From Octopus sinensis (taxonomy: Eukaryota): a DNA stretch of 64,000 bases. The DNA is taken from positions 21,576,001-21,640,000 of the forward strand of contig NC_043016.1 of NCBI RefSeq assembly GCF_006345805.1, read 5' to 3'. The notes beneath the pieces are model-generated. The model did not search any database. It was given only the letters and a program-made list of their open reading frames with translations, and was not told the DNA's origin. Both the position numbers and the translations under genes were made by a program. Position 1 is the stretch's first letter. Each line of letters opens with the position of its first letter. Of the stretch, positions 26,604 to 38,234 are shown piece by piece.

Positions 26604-26673
26604 TGAATCCTGTTTTCTGATTGGGTAAAAATGATCAAACTTTAAACATCTGTCATATTCTTCTAAAACTTTT
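26604..26673 (-). CDS. Candidate exon (KVLEEYDRCLKFDHFYPIRKQDS)
   Basis: ttcatttattccAG acceptor; open phase-2 frame inside ORF 26532..26747; GTAACT donor or read-through to a stop. Confidence 0.3.
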
Positions 26674-27458
26674 CTGGAATAAATGAATCCCCAAATCAAA
26701 TTCAGCATGAAAAATTGCATCACTATACCAAATATGAAAATTTTCACATCAAAATTTCAAAATCTGACAGCAACAGAAAAGATTCCCTCTCTTTATCTGT
26801 CTCTCTCTCCTAGGAAAGGATGCATCGATTAGATAATACGCACACAAGAGCCTCCATCCCACAGGCTCAAAAGACAATGTCCCTTTTTAATTCAAACAAC
26901 TTCAATTTCCATGACGTTTATAAAGGGTTCATGTCTCACATGAGTAAAGGAGCAATGTCAGTACACATGAATAGTACGCAGCAATTTTTGTTCACCTTGT
27001 GATGCCATGTTGGGACCAGACATGAGACTCAAGAGACCTGAAGGATATTTCATCCAGGGAGCAAGAACAGCCAAGTGTGCTGCCCAGGTAGAGTTTCACA
27101 ACTAATTTTCAACTTCAGTAAAAACTGAAACTTGAATCAGACTACCAATATTTTTGAAAAATTTCTGATTCACATATATATGAGGTACATTAGCTATTTA
27201 CAAGAAAGCTTAATTTGCTAAGAGAAAATTAAGTTATCAAGGAATGGAAATTGTTAATAATAAAAGTTAAGGCAAATAGATAATAGAATACCAATGGAAA
27301 TCTATGAAACATCCAATGTGACATAGTATTTCAATCAAAGCTACCAAATGTCTTGCTTGGTCTTATTTTGTATCTATCTTATTTCAAACTTTCTGAGATT
27401 TAATATCAGTATTTTTTTGTTGTTGGATAATCACATATTGGTTATATTCTATTATTAC

Positions 27459-27503
27459 CTTTTGAATACATAATACTGAAAGATAATTCTCATAAAATTC
27501 ATC
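27459..27503 (-). CDS. Candidate 45-nt exon antisense within the sorting nexin last intron
   Basis: Very strong tgttccctttttgcAG acceptor and GTAATA donor; open in phase 0 (DEFYENYLSVLCIQK) and phase 2 (MNFMRIIFQYYVFK). Confidence 0.4.
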
Positions 27504-27979
27504 CTGCAAAAAGGGAACACAGAAACAAAGACAGTCTACCAAAAGCAACCTAAAAGATACACAAATATGAATTTGCATGGTTTCTTAAGGATCTGATAAA
27601 TGTAATATCACATACCTATATACATACTTAACCTACATGCTCATCGTCATCATTTTTCACATCTGCTTTTCTAGACTTGCATGGATTGGGTGGGTCCTTT
27701 CCAACATTATTTTGACATTTGAGAGACAAACAGACTATTTTCATTCATTTAATTGTATCAATTTTAACATTTACTATAATCTTCTTTGTTCTTGTTTTCA
27801 ATCATGTAGTTCTGTGAGCTACCAGAATGTCCTCATTCTTTTGAGATTTTAAACGTTGACAAATTTTAAATTATTAAAATAATGGGTTTTCATTAGGAAT
27901 TATTATCAATAAATTCCAAATGATGAACCAAAATATATTGTAATTTTTCTTTATAGTATTTCTTCCTTTTTTTTTTCAG

Positions 27980-28117
27980 CTGAAATCTTTCATAAGACAA
28001 AGATTGACAGATTCACAAGAAGGCTTCATTTCTTTTGCTGAGACACAAATCAAAACTGCTCGTAACACATATGCATTACTGGCAAAACATGTGAGAGTTA
28101 TTAAAGAAATAAACTAA
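27980..28117 (+). CDS. Sorting nexin-like terminal coding exon (LKSFIRQRLTDSQEGFISFAETQIKTARNTYALLAKHVRVIKEIN*)
   Basis: Poly-T/cAG acceptor, TAA stop at 28115-28117; resembles SNX5/6 C-terminus LIDFKTRRVAAFRKNLVELAELELKHAK. Confidence 0.88.
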   Translation: MKSFIRQRLTDSQEGFISFAETQIKTARNTYALLAKHVRVIKEIN

Positions 28118-30835
28118 GCTGCCATGTTCTATAACGTAAAATATTTGATAAGTTTCATTTCAAAATTTTATTTTTTAATATGAATGTTTAAATTGATTAA
28201 AAACAGAAACCATGATAAATATATATATATAATTTTAAAAGCTTATTTTTAAAACAAATTTTTTAAAATTAATATTATAAAAAATAACGGAAGTAAAATG
28301 AAAAGTTTTACTGCAATTTAATTTTGATCATAATGGTATTTCTAATTGCTACTTCTCTTCCACATGCCTGATATGTATGATTTAGAAAATAGTGTAATTT
28401 TTGTTTTGTTGCTTATTGTTGTTTGTTTACTGTTTTGTTTCTAATTTTTATTATTAGTACTGGAATAGTAGTAACCCAGAATTTGTCAGAAGAGTTTATT
28501 AGCCTTAAAAATTGACAAAGTTTGAAGAATTTGGACAAGATTATATTTTTTACACTCCAAACATTCACTTCTCACAGACTACTTTTAATTAAGGTACAAA
28601 GTTTACAGGCTTTGTTTTTAAGGTAGATGAAATGATGTGAATGGGAATTAGCTAGCATAGTTGAAATCCAGTCAGGTTAAATGTTTTCAGGACATTAATA
28701 AAATAAGGGAAAATGATGTTCACTTTCATCTCTTAACCGATGATTGCTGTTGTTGTTTAGATTCAAGTTAGCCCCAATCAAAGACATTCCTGACATGACC
28801 ATATCATGTTTCTTTTGATATTGTGTATCTTTGATTATCTTATTCAATATATCCTTACTTTTTTAAATAGGTAGTGTATAATTTGAGAGAAATTTTATTA
28901 TTTCAATCAGGTCGAGTAAAGGTATAGATGTTCCCTGTCACTTATAATATGACGGTTGCTCAAATGGCTATCAACTCATGGACTATTGTTGACTAATGTG
29001 TTCTATGAGGGTATGAAATTTTAAACTGTTGTGATTATTTTGTGGCTTAACACATCATGTAGAAGGCCTTGATTTTAACAAAAAGCAAAAGTATATGCAT
29101 GAGTTGTTCTCAGTTATATTGCCTGTGTCCAGGAAATTTGTTTTTGTGGACATGAATTCCAAGATTTAACATTCATCTACATGTGCTTCAGTTTGCCGTT
29201 GAAATAAAACAAAGACCTACCATATACACATAAACCTCTGATATTCACTATATGAGATCTGCTTAAGTATTTTAGAAAAACTCATTACACTGTGACCAAT
29301 CCATCCACATTGTGCTTTTAATAGGAAAGTTTTGATACTCTGTAATTGAACTGATATCTTTCAACTAATTTAATTTGTTGATCCATGTAAAAATCGATAA
29401 TGTTATTTCTTTTCTTGTGTGAGAGCACAGAATTTTAAGCTGAAATCACCTGAGTCTTTTATAACATTTATTTTGTAGTCTTCATTAAACAAGGAGTAAT
29501 TCATTAACTTACTAGCTTTAGTTATTTTCACTGACATCAAAACCTTAAATCCTCTAACCATTCAGCTTCATTTAACAATAGTTCCTTAACTGTGTTGTTA
29601 ATAACTAAATTCTCTCGAACTTTTTTTTGTATTATGTGTGTATATGTGTGTTCGTTTTTGTGCGTAGATGTATCACAGGTGTATTGTAAGAGAAAAGTAT
29701 TTTAAATTCTATTTACCCTTGCTATGTTTAGTTTTATATATATTGTCCACAATCTTGTTTTCTTTGTGGATATGGATTTTTAGGTTTTCAATTTGTAATA
29801 ATGTGGCCTTTAATTTCTACCTTCAAGTCAAATCTTTTACAGAATCAGTTTTTTTTCCAATATTTCTATATCTTCTTATATATGTTCCAATCAATTCAAT
29901 CAATATTTTGGTTATGATTCTACTATTGAAGTTTCATATTTTTAAAACCAAAGGGAAAATGCTAGATATAGCATAACCAAAACCACATTATTGATATCAC
30001 TATTATGTGGTTCAATTATACAGGTCTGACATCATTATATCGACATCAGTGTCTTAAAATTCTTATAAAATTAACATTCTGTTCTGCCAGGAGTACTGGG
30101 ATAAACTTGATTAAGTATATTCTTTATAAAAAAAGAAAGAAAAAGCCAGCTTTACCAAATAAAATACCTCTACACTTCACATTTTATTAGTATCATTGAT
30201 ATATTGATATTGTTACTTCCAATGTAAGATACTAGTAGTGATATTATATATATAAGGATAAATAAACTACATGTCATAATTACATTAGCTCTTACAAACA
30301 CTGCTACTACACTCAAGCAGAAGTAGTACTAACCCTACTGTTTGTATGTAACAAAGTACTGCTAACAACATAAAAATACAACCGAAATGCCAAAGTAGAT
30401 CTTACGAAGAATTAGGTTTATTTTATGTACTCAGAAGAAAAACTATCTATTTTCAATTTTTTGATGATTTTACAGTTATTGTTTACAATAATTATTTAGC
30501 AAATAAATTTTAATACTGTCTTACTGAAAATGTTTGATTCTTCACGAGATTATATTTTATATTTAGAAGTTTATAATTAAACTTGAGAGATAAACCACTA
30601 TATTGCAAGTTAATAAATACTTTACCATTTTTTTCATATTCTTTTCAATTATAATGCATGTTTAAGTTGATATACAATTTTATATGTTTCAGTATAATTT
30701 TAACATAATATCTATATAACAACTTGAAAACCTAAATTATATATAACGCAGATCTCTTTAAAAAGATGTGCCAGAAATGTTTTTTTTATTTCACAGATAA
30801 AAAAGATATCAAAATTGAATGTACATAACGTTTAC

Positions 30836-30866
30836 CTTCAATGGTTTTATTTCTATAAATTTGAAA
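30836..30866 (-). CDS. Candidate 31-nt exon (FQIYRNKTIE)
   Basis: tttaaatacAG acceptor, GTAAAC donor; in frame after the 27-nt exon. Confidence 0.3.
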
Positions 30867-31520
30867 CTGTATTTAAATATTTTGTAAAAATAAAAGTTAT
30901 TTTGAACTGTATTGTTTTGATAATTTTCTGATATGGAGTTATTAATTTAATAGTAAATAAGTTCCATATGTGACTCTCACTATGTACTTTTCTTTTTTCC
31001 AAAATCAACAAACTATGCCCAACAACACTAGTTGATTCACAAATCTCAGCCGATGTTCAAGTTGAATGGATACTTCCCTGCAGAGAATTCAAAACTTGAA
31101 TTTATTTACTAACCCCATCCCTCTGTCTGCAACATACCTCATTAAATTTTTCTCTAAGCACCCATAACCAACTCTCCCCATCCTTGGTTGCAACCCTTCC
31201 CCCATCATTTGACACCAACCACCAGCACTGCATCTTCACTCCTAATCTTTTTTCTGCCCTTCTATATAGTCATCCTCAACTATGATGGTCCCTTAGTCTT
31301 AAAATGCTTTCATGTCCTTCTTACTATGGTTGAATCCAGCACTCTTGCCTTCCTCCACATCACTTAACTTGTCCTTACTCTTAATTAATTGCTTCTCTTT
31401 TCTGGGGACTAAGTGCATCAACCTGCTTGTTGGCTATGTTAAGGCCAAACTCTCCCAGTTCATAATCCCTATGGCAAAGATACCTTTACCAGTGAGCAGC
31501 TAAATACCTTTATCTCTTAA

Positions 31521-31739
31521 CCCTTTAGTATTTAAACCAGCCATATCCGGCCAAATATTTAATCTGTTTTATGGTTCAAACTGACCAGATCCAGGCTCTC
31601 ACACCTACCCTACAATGTTATTCTACATTAAGTAATTACACCATCAAGATCTTGAAGATATGAGATAATGCATGATTAATTCAAATCAATGGGAATCAAT
31701 AAGCATTATGTTTGATTGAATAATCTGAACACTAAAGGG
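31521..31739. mobile_element. piggyBac-like MITE, family 1
   Basis: TTAA-CCCTTTAG ... CTAAAGGG-TTAA. Confidence 0.75.
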
Positions 31740-32232
31740 TTAAATCAATTCTGGGTGATTTTAATTTGACACATTTCTGACTTCTTTGGAAATTTCTATA
31801 TGGATATAGATTTTCATGCCACTTATGACAATCATAACCACTTTTTGAAGAAATCTATTTTTAAAAAAATTGGAATTTTAACTAGTCAGAGTATCTGTTC
31901 CTTATAAGCCATCCAGTAGAAGAACTGTTCCCTGTGGTAACAGTTTGAAACCATTTTGGGGTTATGGTTTAGAGTTGGAATTAAGTTTTATAGTGCATTA
32001 CAAAATTCCATTACAAACGTTAATTTTTCTTTCATTTTATATAATTTAATATTTTCATTTTTAGTGATTTTGTGTCGTTTTATTAATTTATGAAAGAATT
32101 AACAATGTGATTGTAATAATCATCTAGAGAGAGACTAGTGCCTTCCAGTAATCCACCACAACTGTTAACTTCCTGAATCTTTTTTCTATTAACGAAACCA
32201 ACTTCTCTGTTATTTACCCAACTTCAACTCAC

Positions 32233-32259
32233 CATGTATTTGCTATTAATCACTCTCTC
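32233..32259 (-). CDS. Candidate 27-nt exon (ERVINSKYM)
   Basis: gtttatAG acceptor and consensus GTGAGT donor; phase 0 to 0. Confidence 0.4.
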
Positions 32260-32407
32260 CTATAAACGTTGCAACTGATTCACTTTGGGGGGTTAATGAG
32301 CACCATATATTTGAAAGATCTAGCTTCGATCATATCGGAGGATGTGTATGGTATCTACGGCGTACGAGTCTAGTTTATTTTCGATCTTTGTAGAAAAAAA
32401 AAATCAC

Positions 32408-32455
32408 CTCAGTAAAATATTTAGAATGTACTGGATGATCGTAAAAATATAACAT
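32408..32455 (-). CDS. Candidate first coding exon of a second minus-strand gene (MLYFYDHPVHSKYFTE)
   Basis: ttttagcAG acceptor ending at 32467, in-frame TGA TAA just before the ATG, GTGATT donor. Confidence 0.35.
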
Positions 32456-32719
32456 TTATCAAAAACCTGCTAAAATGAACAATGTTTGAAATCCAGTTTT
32501 TATTCTCATTTATGATTTCATTCGTTTCACTAGACAATAAAGTTAATAACTCTGAATATTTAAAATGTTAAAACTTTTGACCCCTCGTATCTCTAGACAA
32601 ATAGAATGTCCTTGCTGTGAACGAAAATAAGGTGAAGGAGGGGGACACAAACAATTACCAGGGGAAATGTTACACTTCTTTTAAACGCTGTAAATAATAG
32701 TTATCAAATAAATATTTCA

Positions 32720-32790
32720 AGTTGTTTATTGGCTGACAATAATGATGTAAACAATAACACGTAAAATAAAATGGCGGAATTTTGGAATAG
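32720..32790. promoter_or_regulatory. Possible promoter: CCAAT box and YY1-like AAAATGGCGG motif
   Basis: ttattggctga (AGCCAAT on minus) and aaaatggcgg in a locally CpG-richer non-repeat segment upstream of the candidate ATG at 32455. Confidence 0.3.
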
Positions 32791-33169
32791 CTATCGCGTC
32801 ACAGAAAAGACAAAAAACCGAAGGAACTGGATAGTTTTTCCTTTAGTTACCCCAAAGTTTATTTTTTTTTTTTTTTAACATTTTGCTCCCAAACCGACAT
32901 ACCATTTTTCTTTCTCCATGAGGTCATAAACGTTTTTCTAAAACTCCACCTCCAAAAGTAGTTTTGTTTGAAATTGTCTAAATAATTGGAATAATTTCGA
33001 TTTAGGCACATTTAAGTGCGAGATTGAAAATTAAACTTAATAATAGAGAATGCATAACTTGGCTTGGCTCTTACGAATGATCGAAATGAAGGAATATTTA
33101 AATTATTATGATAGATTTCTACTCTCATTTCTAGCAGAAATTAAAACAATTATTATTATTTTTAAATAA

Positions 33170-33516
33170 TGTGTGGTAAGAGGTTCGCTTTCAATCCATC
33201 TAGTTCCGGGTTCAGTCTCACTGCATGGCACCTTGGCCAAGTGTCTTCTACTATATCGCCCCGAGCCGACTAAAGCCGTGTGAGTAGATTTGGTAGACGG
33301 AAACTGAAAGGCCGTCGTGTATATGTTTGTGTGTATATGTAGGTGTGTTTCCCCCCCCCCCCATCATCGCATGTTGGTTTGTTTACGTCACCGTAACTAA
33401 GCGGTTCGTAGTCTTTAATAATAAATAATGGGGTGGATTCGTTTGATTTAATCCGTCAAGTAGGTGCACCAGCATGGCCAAAATCCAATGACTGAAACAA
33501 GTAAAAGATAAAAGAA
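33170..33516 (+). mobile_element. tRNA-derived SINE
   Basis: gttccgggttcagtctcactgc head ... gactgaaacaagtaaaagataaaaga tail. Confidence 0.8.
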
Positions 33517-33552
33517 AATGATGTCGAATTTGACAACGTATTTCGAAAAGTA

Positions 33553-34578
33553 AAGAATATGGTTAATGTTGACATTATTACCCGGAAACAAAAGAAAAAA
33601 AAATAGTGCAACGTGTGTAAAAAAAATGGTATAGGAAACGAATACGAAAACAAAAATGCCCGGAAAGGAACGGGGGGGGGAGAAGCCTTCGGGAGATTCA
33701 CAAGATCCGATGTTTTTCCCTCGTAACTTTTAGGAAAATGGGTTTTTCTTTAATGAAATTTTATATAAATACTTTTCAAACGGTATAGATTACGATTATA
33801 AAGAAATTTGTGGGGAAAATGTTTTCCGATGAAGTGGGGACAGGAATTCGGAAAATTAACAAAATCCGATGTTTTTCCTTCGTAACTTTGATAGAAATGG
33901 ATATCTTTCTACTGCACACCCACGTAGGAAACGAATCTGAAAACAAAAATGCACGAAAAGCAACGGGGGGGGGGGGGGGGGGGGCTTCGGAAAATTCGCA
34001 AGACCCGCGTTTTTCCTTAGTAACTTTGAGGAAAATATAATCCTTTTGAAATCACAAATTAGGCTTTTCCTTAGGAACTTGGATGCTAAACATCCCTTTG
34101 AAGGATTCGGGTCCTTACTTCTCCTATATATATACATATAATCTATCTATCTATCTTGTAGAAGGACCCGAACCCTTCAAAGAGATGTTTAGCGTCTAAG
34201 TTCCTGTGGAAAAGCCTAATTTCTTATTTCAAAAGGATTATATTTTCCTCAAAGTAACGAGGGAAAAATTCGGATCTTGTGAATTTTTCGAAGTCCTCTT
34301 CCCGCCCCCTCGGAAAAGATTTTCCCCACAAATTTCTTTATAATCGTAATCTATACCGTTTGAAAGGTATTTATATAAATTTTCATTCAAAAAAACCCCA
34401 TTTTCCTAAAAGTTATGAGGGGAAAAACATCGGATCTTGTGAATTTTCCGAAGGCCTCTCCCTACCCCCGTTACTCTCTGCACATTTTTGTTTTTATATT
34501 CGTTTCCTACACTACTGGAATAATTGCACTTTTCTTTTTCGTTTCCGGGTAATAATGTCAACATTAACCAAGAATATT
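33553..34578. repeat. ~1-kb foldback: two oppositely oriented copies of one unclassified element meeting at a TA/TCTA spacer
   Basis: 33553-34123 is mirrored by 34159-34578; internal subrepeats also present. Confidence 0.75.
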
Positions 34579-35417
34579 ATTACAATAGTTTTAGAAGAGA
34601 AATCTATGAATGGAGATATAAGTGCCCCAACAATATATAAAAACAGAAAAGTCTTGTTGACGAATGTCGAAATGTGGTGATTTATAACGTAGTACTTTCT
34701 ACTAAGCTGGTTAACCAAATGGTGTTGTTAAGAAATAAAAGTAGAAATCTATAAGAACCTACTTCGGTCAAGTTAGTGATTTCATTTTCCAAATCATAAA
34801 TTCAGTCATCTTCGGTAATTTTCTTGTAACTTACGTTCGTGTGATTCGATCCCCCCACTCCTTTTCTTAATGTAAATATTGATTTTCTTTAACCTTTCGC
34901 AGTTTAAAATTTGAATTAATATTTTTGAAAGAAAAAAATAATAAATTCGCTCTTCTTCATTAAGACAATGCTGTTTGTTTCGTAGGGAATTATCAAAATA
35001 ATTACAAGCTCGTTCAAATGGTAAAATCTTAACAAAAGCGATGTTTGATACTGTTCTTCTACTTTGCTAGTTATCTCCCCGTAAGTAAATTGCGAATTTT
35101 CTATTGAAAATATTTCTAATTTAGGCAATAAATTCAGCAGTTTGAAGGGTAGGAGAACTAGTCGTTATCATCGATCCTGGTACAAGACTGGTGCTTTATT
35201 TTATCGACCTCAGAAGGATGAAAGGTGAAGTTGACCTCTCAGAAATTTTAGCACGAACGTAAAGAGAGACAAAAAATATCGCAAGCATTTTCTCTGACGG
35301 TCACAGCAGAACTTGTTATTGTTTTATTTTGATTCTTGTTTCGACCTTTTTAACATTGTTTCCTTACATTAATTATTTCTACTTCGTTCAGAAGATATGT
35401 TGTTGAAAGTGTAAGAC

Positions 35418-35472
35418 TCAAAATTGTTTCATAATGTTCAATAATTCGGGTATGACTTCGCGAATACAAATC
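35418..35472 (-). CDS. Candidate exon E, possibly terminal (ICIREVIPELLNIMKQF*)
   Basis: ttgttttcgtcAG acceptor; phase-2 reading ends at TGA 35420-35418 with AATAAA about 95 nt downstream; an alternative 105-nt phase-0 exon to a GTAAGG donor at 35367 is also open. Confidence 0.35.
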
Positions 35473-35922
35473 CTGACGAAAACAAATGGTTTAAATTTAA
35501 CACTTCCTCATTTTAAGAATCAAAGACTAATTAAATGAAATGCCTTATATTTTAAGAAAAAACTTCTCCAAAAGTTCAGATTGATTATAAATTGCAAAAA
35601 ATTATAATTTAGAACACAGTGACCCATTATGTATTATATAATTATGAGATAGCAAAAAAAAATTATTTTAAAGGGAGAACCGACTTTACTACACCAATGA
35701 GACTGTAGCGAGACAAATTTCTATTATTGCTTATTGAAAACATTTGACTTACGTAGACTCATCACATTAATTTGTAGTGATTGATTAACATACCTATTGT
35801 GAGTGTTTGGACTGTTGCTAGACCAATTTCTATTATGGCATATAGAAGCCTTATATAGGCTCAGCACATTAATCTGTAATGATTGGTCGTTTTATTTGTC
35901 ATGTGAGTTTTGAACAGTAATT

Positions 35923-36770
35923 GAGTCCTGTACTTTGATTGGTTGAGTATTGCACAGGATTTGGATCGAAGATCCAAACATGTGTATAATGCATTCTCAA
36001 ACTACTAATCTGAATGTGCTATGGAGCCTACCCTCTTTCTTTAAATTGATGCAACAAATCATCTTTGAGCGGAGGGGTAAGCAATTTTCATTAAAGTGAG
36101 TCATGTTATTTTCCTGCCATTATTCACCAGAGCAAAATTATAATGGAGCACATGTAATCAACAATGGCTCAAGCTGAATTATCTTAATAATAGATGAACC
36201 ATATAACCACCAGAATTTGTGCTGTTTTTATTTGGTCTACTGTACTTTTTAATGGAAGAATAAAGTCTCATTGTTATTTTTAAAGTTTATTTCTTGTATT
36301 ATTTCTACAAGTGAACATGCAAAATTCCATAGTAAAACCAAGTCGAGTCCTGTGTTGTGTAGGAATTGCATCGAAGGTCCAATCACATTGCGCATAATAT
36401 ATTTCAAAAAATTAATCTGTATGTGTTCTGGAACCTCCTTTTTTCCATAAATTGGTGTGACAAATTATTTACAAGTCAGAGGGGTGGGAGTTTTTAATCA
36501 AGGTGAGTTATGCGGATCCTGCTGTTCCGAGGAGAATTAATATATAACAGAGCCCATGTAACCAATGACGACCAAACTGAATTATCAAAATAATGGATGA
36601 ACAACAATCACCAGAATTTGTAGTGTTTCTTGCTTTGATTTACTGCACCACTTTACCAGGGAATAAAGTCCCACAGTTATTTTAAAGTTGGCTTCTTTTG
36701 CTACTTCTACGAATGAACATGCAAATATATTATACAATGGTATACATGATTCTTTAGTAAAACCAAAGGA
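35923..36770. repeat. Diverged direct duplication, period ~422 bp
   Basis: Matched anchors gagtcctgt (35923/36345), accagaatttgt, gaataaagtc, tgaacatgcaaa, tagtaaaaccaa. Confidence 0.65.
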
Positions 36771-36909
36771 GACTTTAAACCAATGTAAAAAGATCAACAG
36801 AATAAGTAAAAGAAAAAATATGTACTGTAGGTCGATTTGTTTGACTGAACTGTTCAAGGTGGCTCCCCAACATGTCTGCAGTCCAATGACTGAAACAAGT
36901 AAAAAATAA

Positions 36910-37640
36910 AAGGTATATGTGGTATAGTTGGATGTTTAAGAAGTTTGCTTTGCAACCACTGTATGCAGGAAAGATTAGAAAGGAATTCAATATGGTGTAC
37001 ACAATTATGGACACAAGTTGCAGTGGAATCACAAGAAGGCTGGACAAAGTTTAAAGAGCTCTTGTCTCTGCTAGCAATAAAGGGCCTCTCTCTTAGAGTG
37101 AAAGGCAGATTGTATAATGCCTGTGTGTGAACAGCTATGCTACATGGCAGTAAAACATGGGCTGTGACAGCCAAGGACAAGCATAGGTTTGAAAGAAATG
37201 AAGCCAATATGCTTTGCTGGATGTGTAAAGTCAGTGTGCATGTATGACAGAGTGTAAGCATCTTGAGAGAAAAATTAGTCTTAAGAGGTATCAGATGTGG
37301 TATGCAGGAGAGGCAACTGTGATGGTATGGTCATGTGATGCATATGGATAAGGACAGCTGTGTAAAGAAGAGCTGATCTCTAACTGTGGAGGGAACCTGT
37401 GGTAGAGGTAGACCCAGGAAAACGTGGTGAAGCATGATCTTCGAACTTTGGACTTCACAGAGGCAATGACTAGCGACTGAGACCTTTGGTGATATGCAGT
37501 GCTCAAGAAGACCCATCAAGCCAAGTGAAATCATAGTCATGGCTGATGCTGGTGTCGCATAATCAGCACCCTTGTAGGTAGCACGTAAAATGCACCTTTC
37601 GAGCATTAAGTCTCATGGAGACAAAGTGGTTGAGCTCCTT
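36910..37640 (+). mobile_element. RTE-clade LINE 3' fragment
   Basis: WTKFKELLSLLAIKGLSLRVKGRLYNACV. Confidence 0.85.
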
Positions 37641-37977
37641 TTGAGTGTGTGTAGGGCCTTTTTATATTTTTGTTGGTCTTAATTTTTCATACCAATATGT
37701 AATTTCTGATGAAGAATTTAATTGTTATTTCAAGAAGCGTTTTTCATTTCTGTCTTTACAATTAATTAGACTTTGAAACAATTTTTACAATTTATATTGG
37801 ATCTGCACCAAACTGGATTATGAATTATAGATCATCTACAACTACAATTTTCTTCCTTTCCTCATTTATTGTTTTTGCAAATACTAAATGTACATTTTTT
37901 ATAAATATCCTTTGCTTTGACTCTACCTGCAGACTCGGATATTTGACATCCATTTGATGAATTTCAGTCGTCACCTC

Positions 37978-38033
<56 letters not shown>

Positions 38034-38234
38034 CACACACATACAGATATATATATTATATTCATACATATATGTATGTGTGTGTAATATATATATATAC
38101 ACACACACACATATACATGTATACATATATATACAAGTATATACACACATATATACATACACACATATAATATATATTCAAACATATATATGTATGTAAA
38201 TATATATATGCATACATAACATATATATATATAT

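Noticed and set aside
34916-35128. 70-aa minus-strand ORF
   Set aside because: No recognisable product and its splice phases do not fit either candidate exon chain
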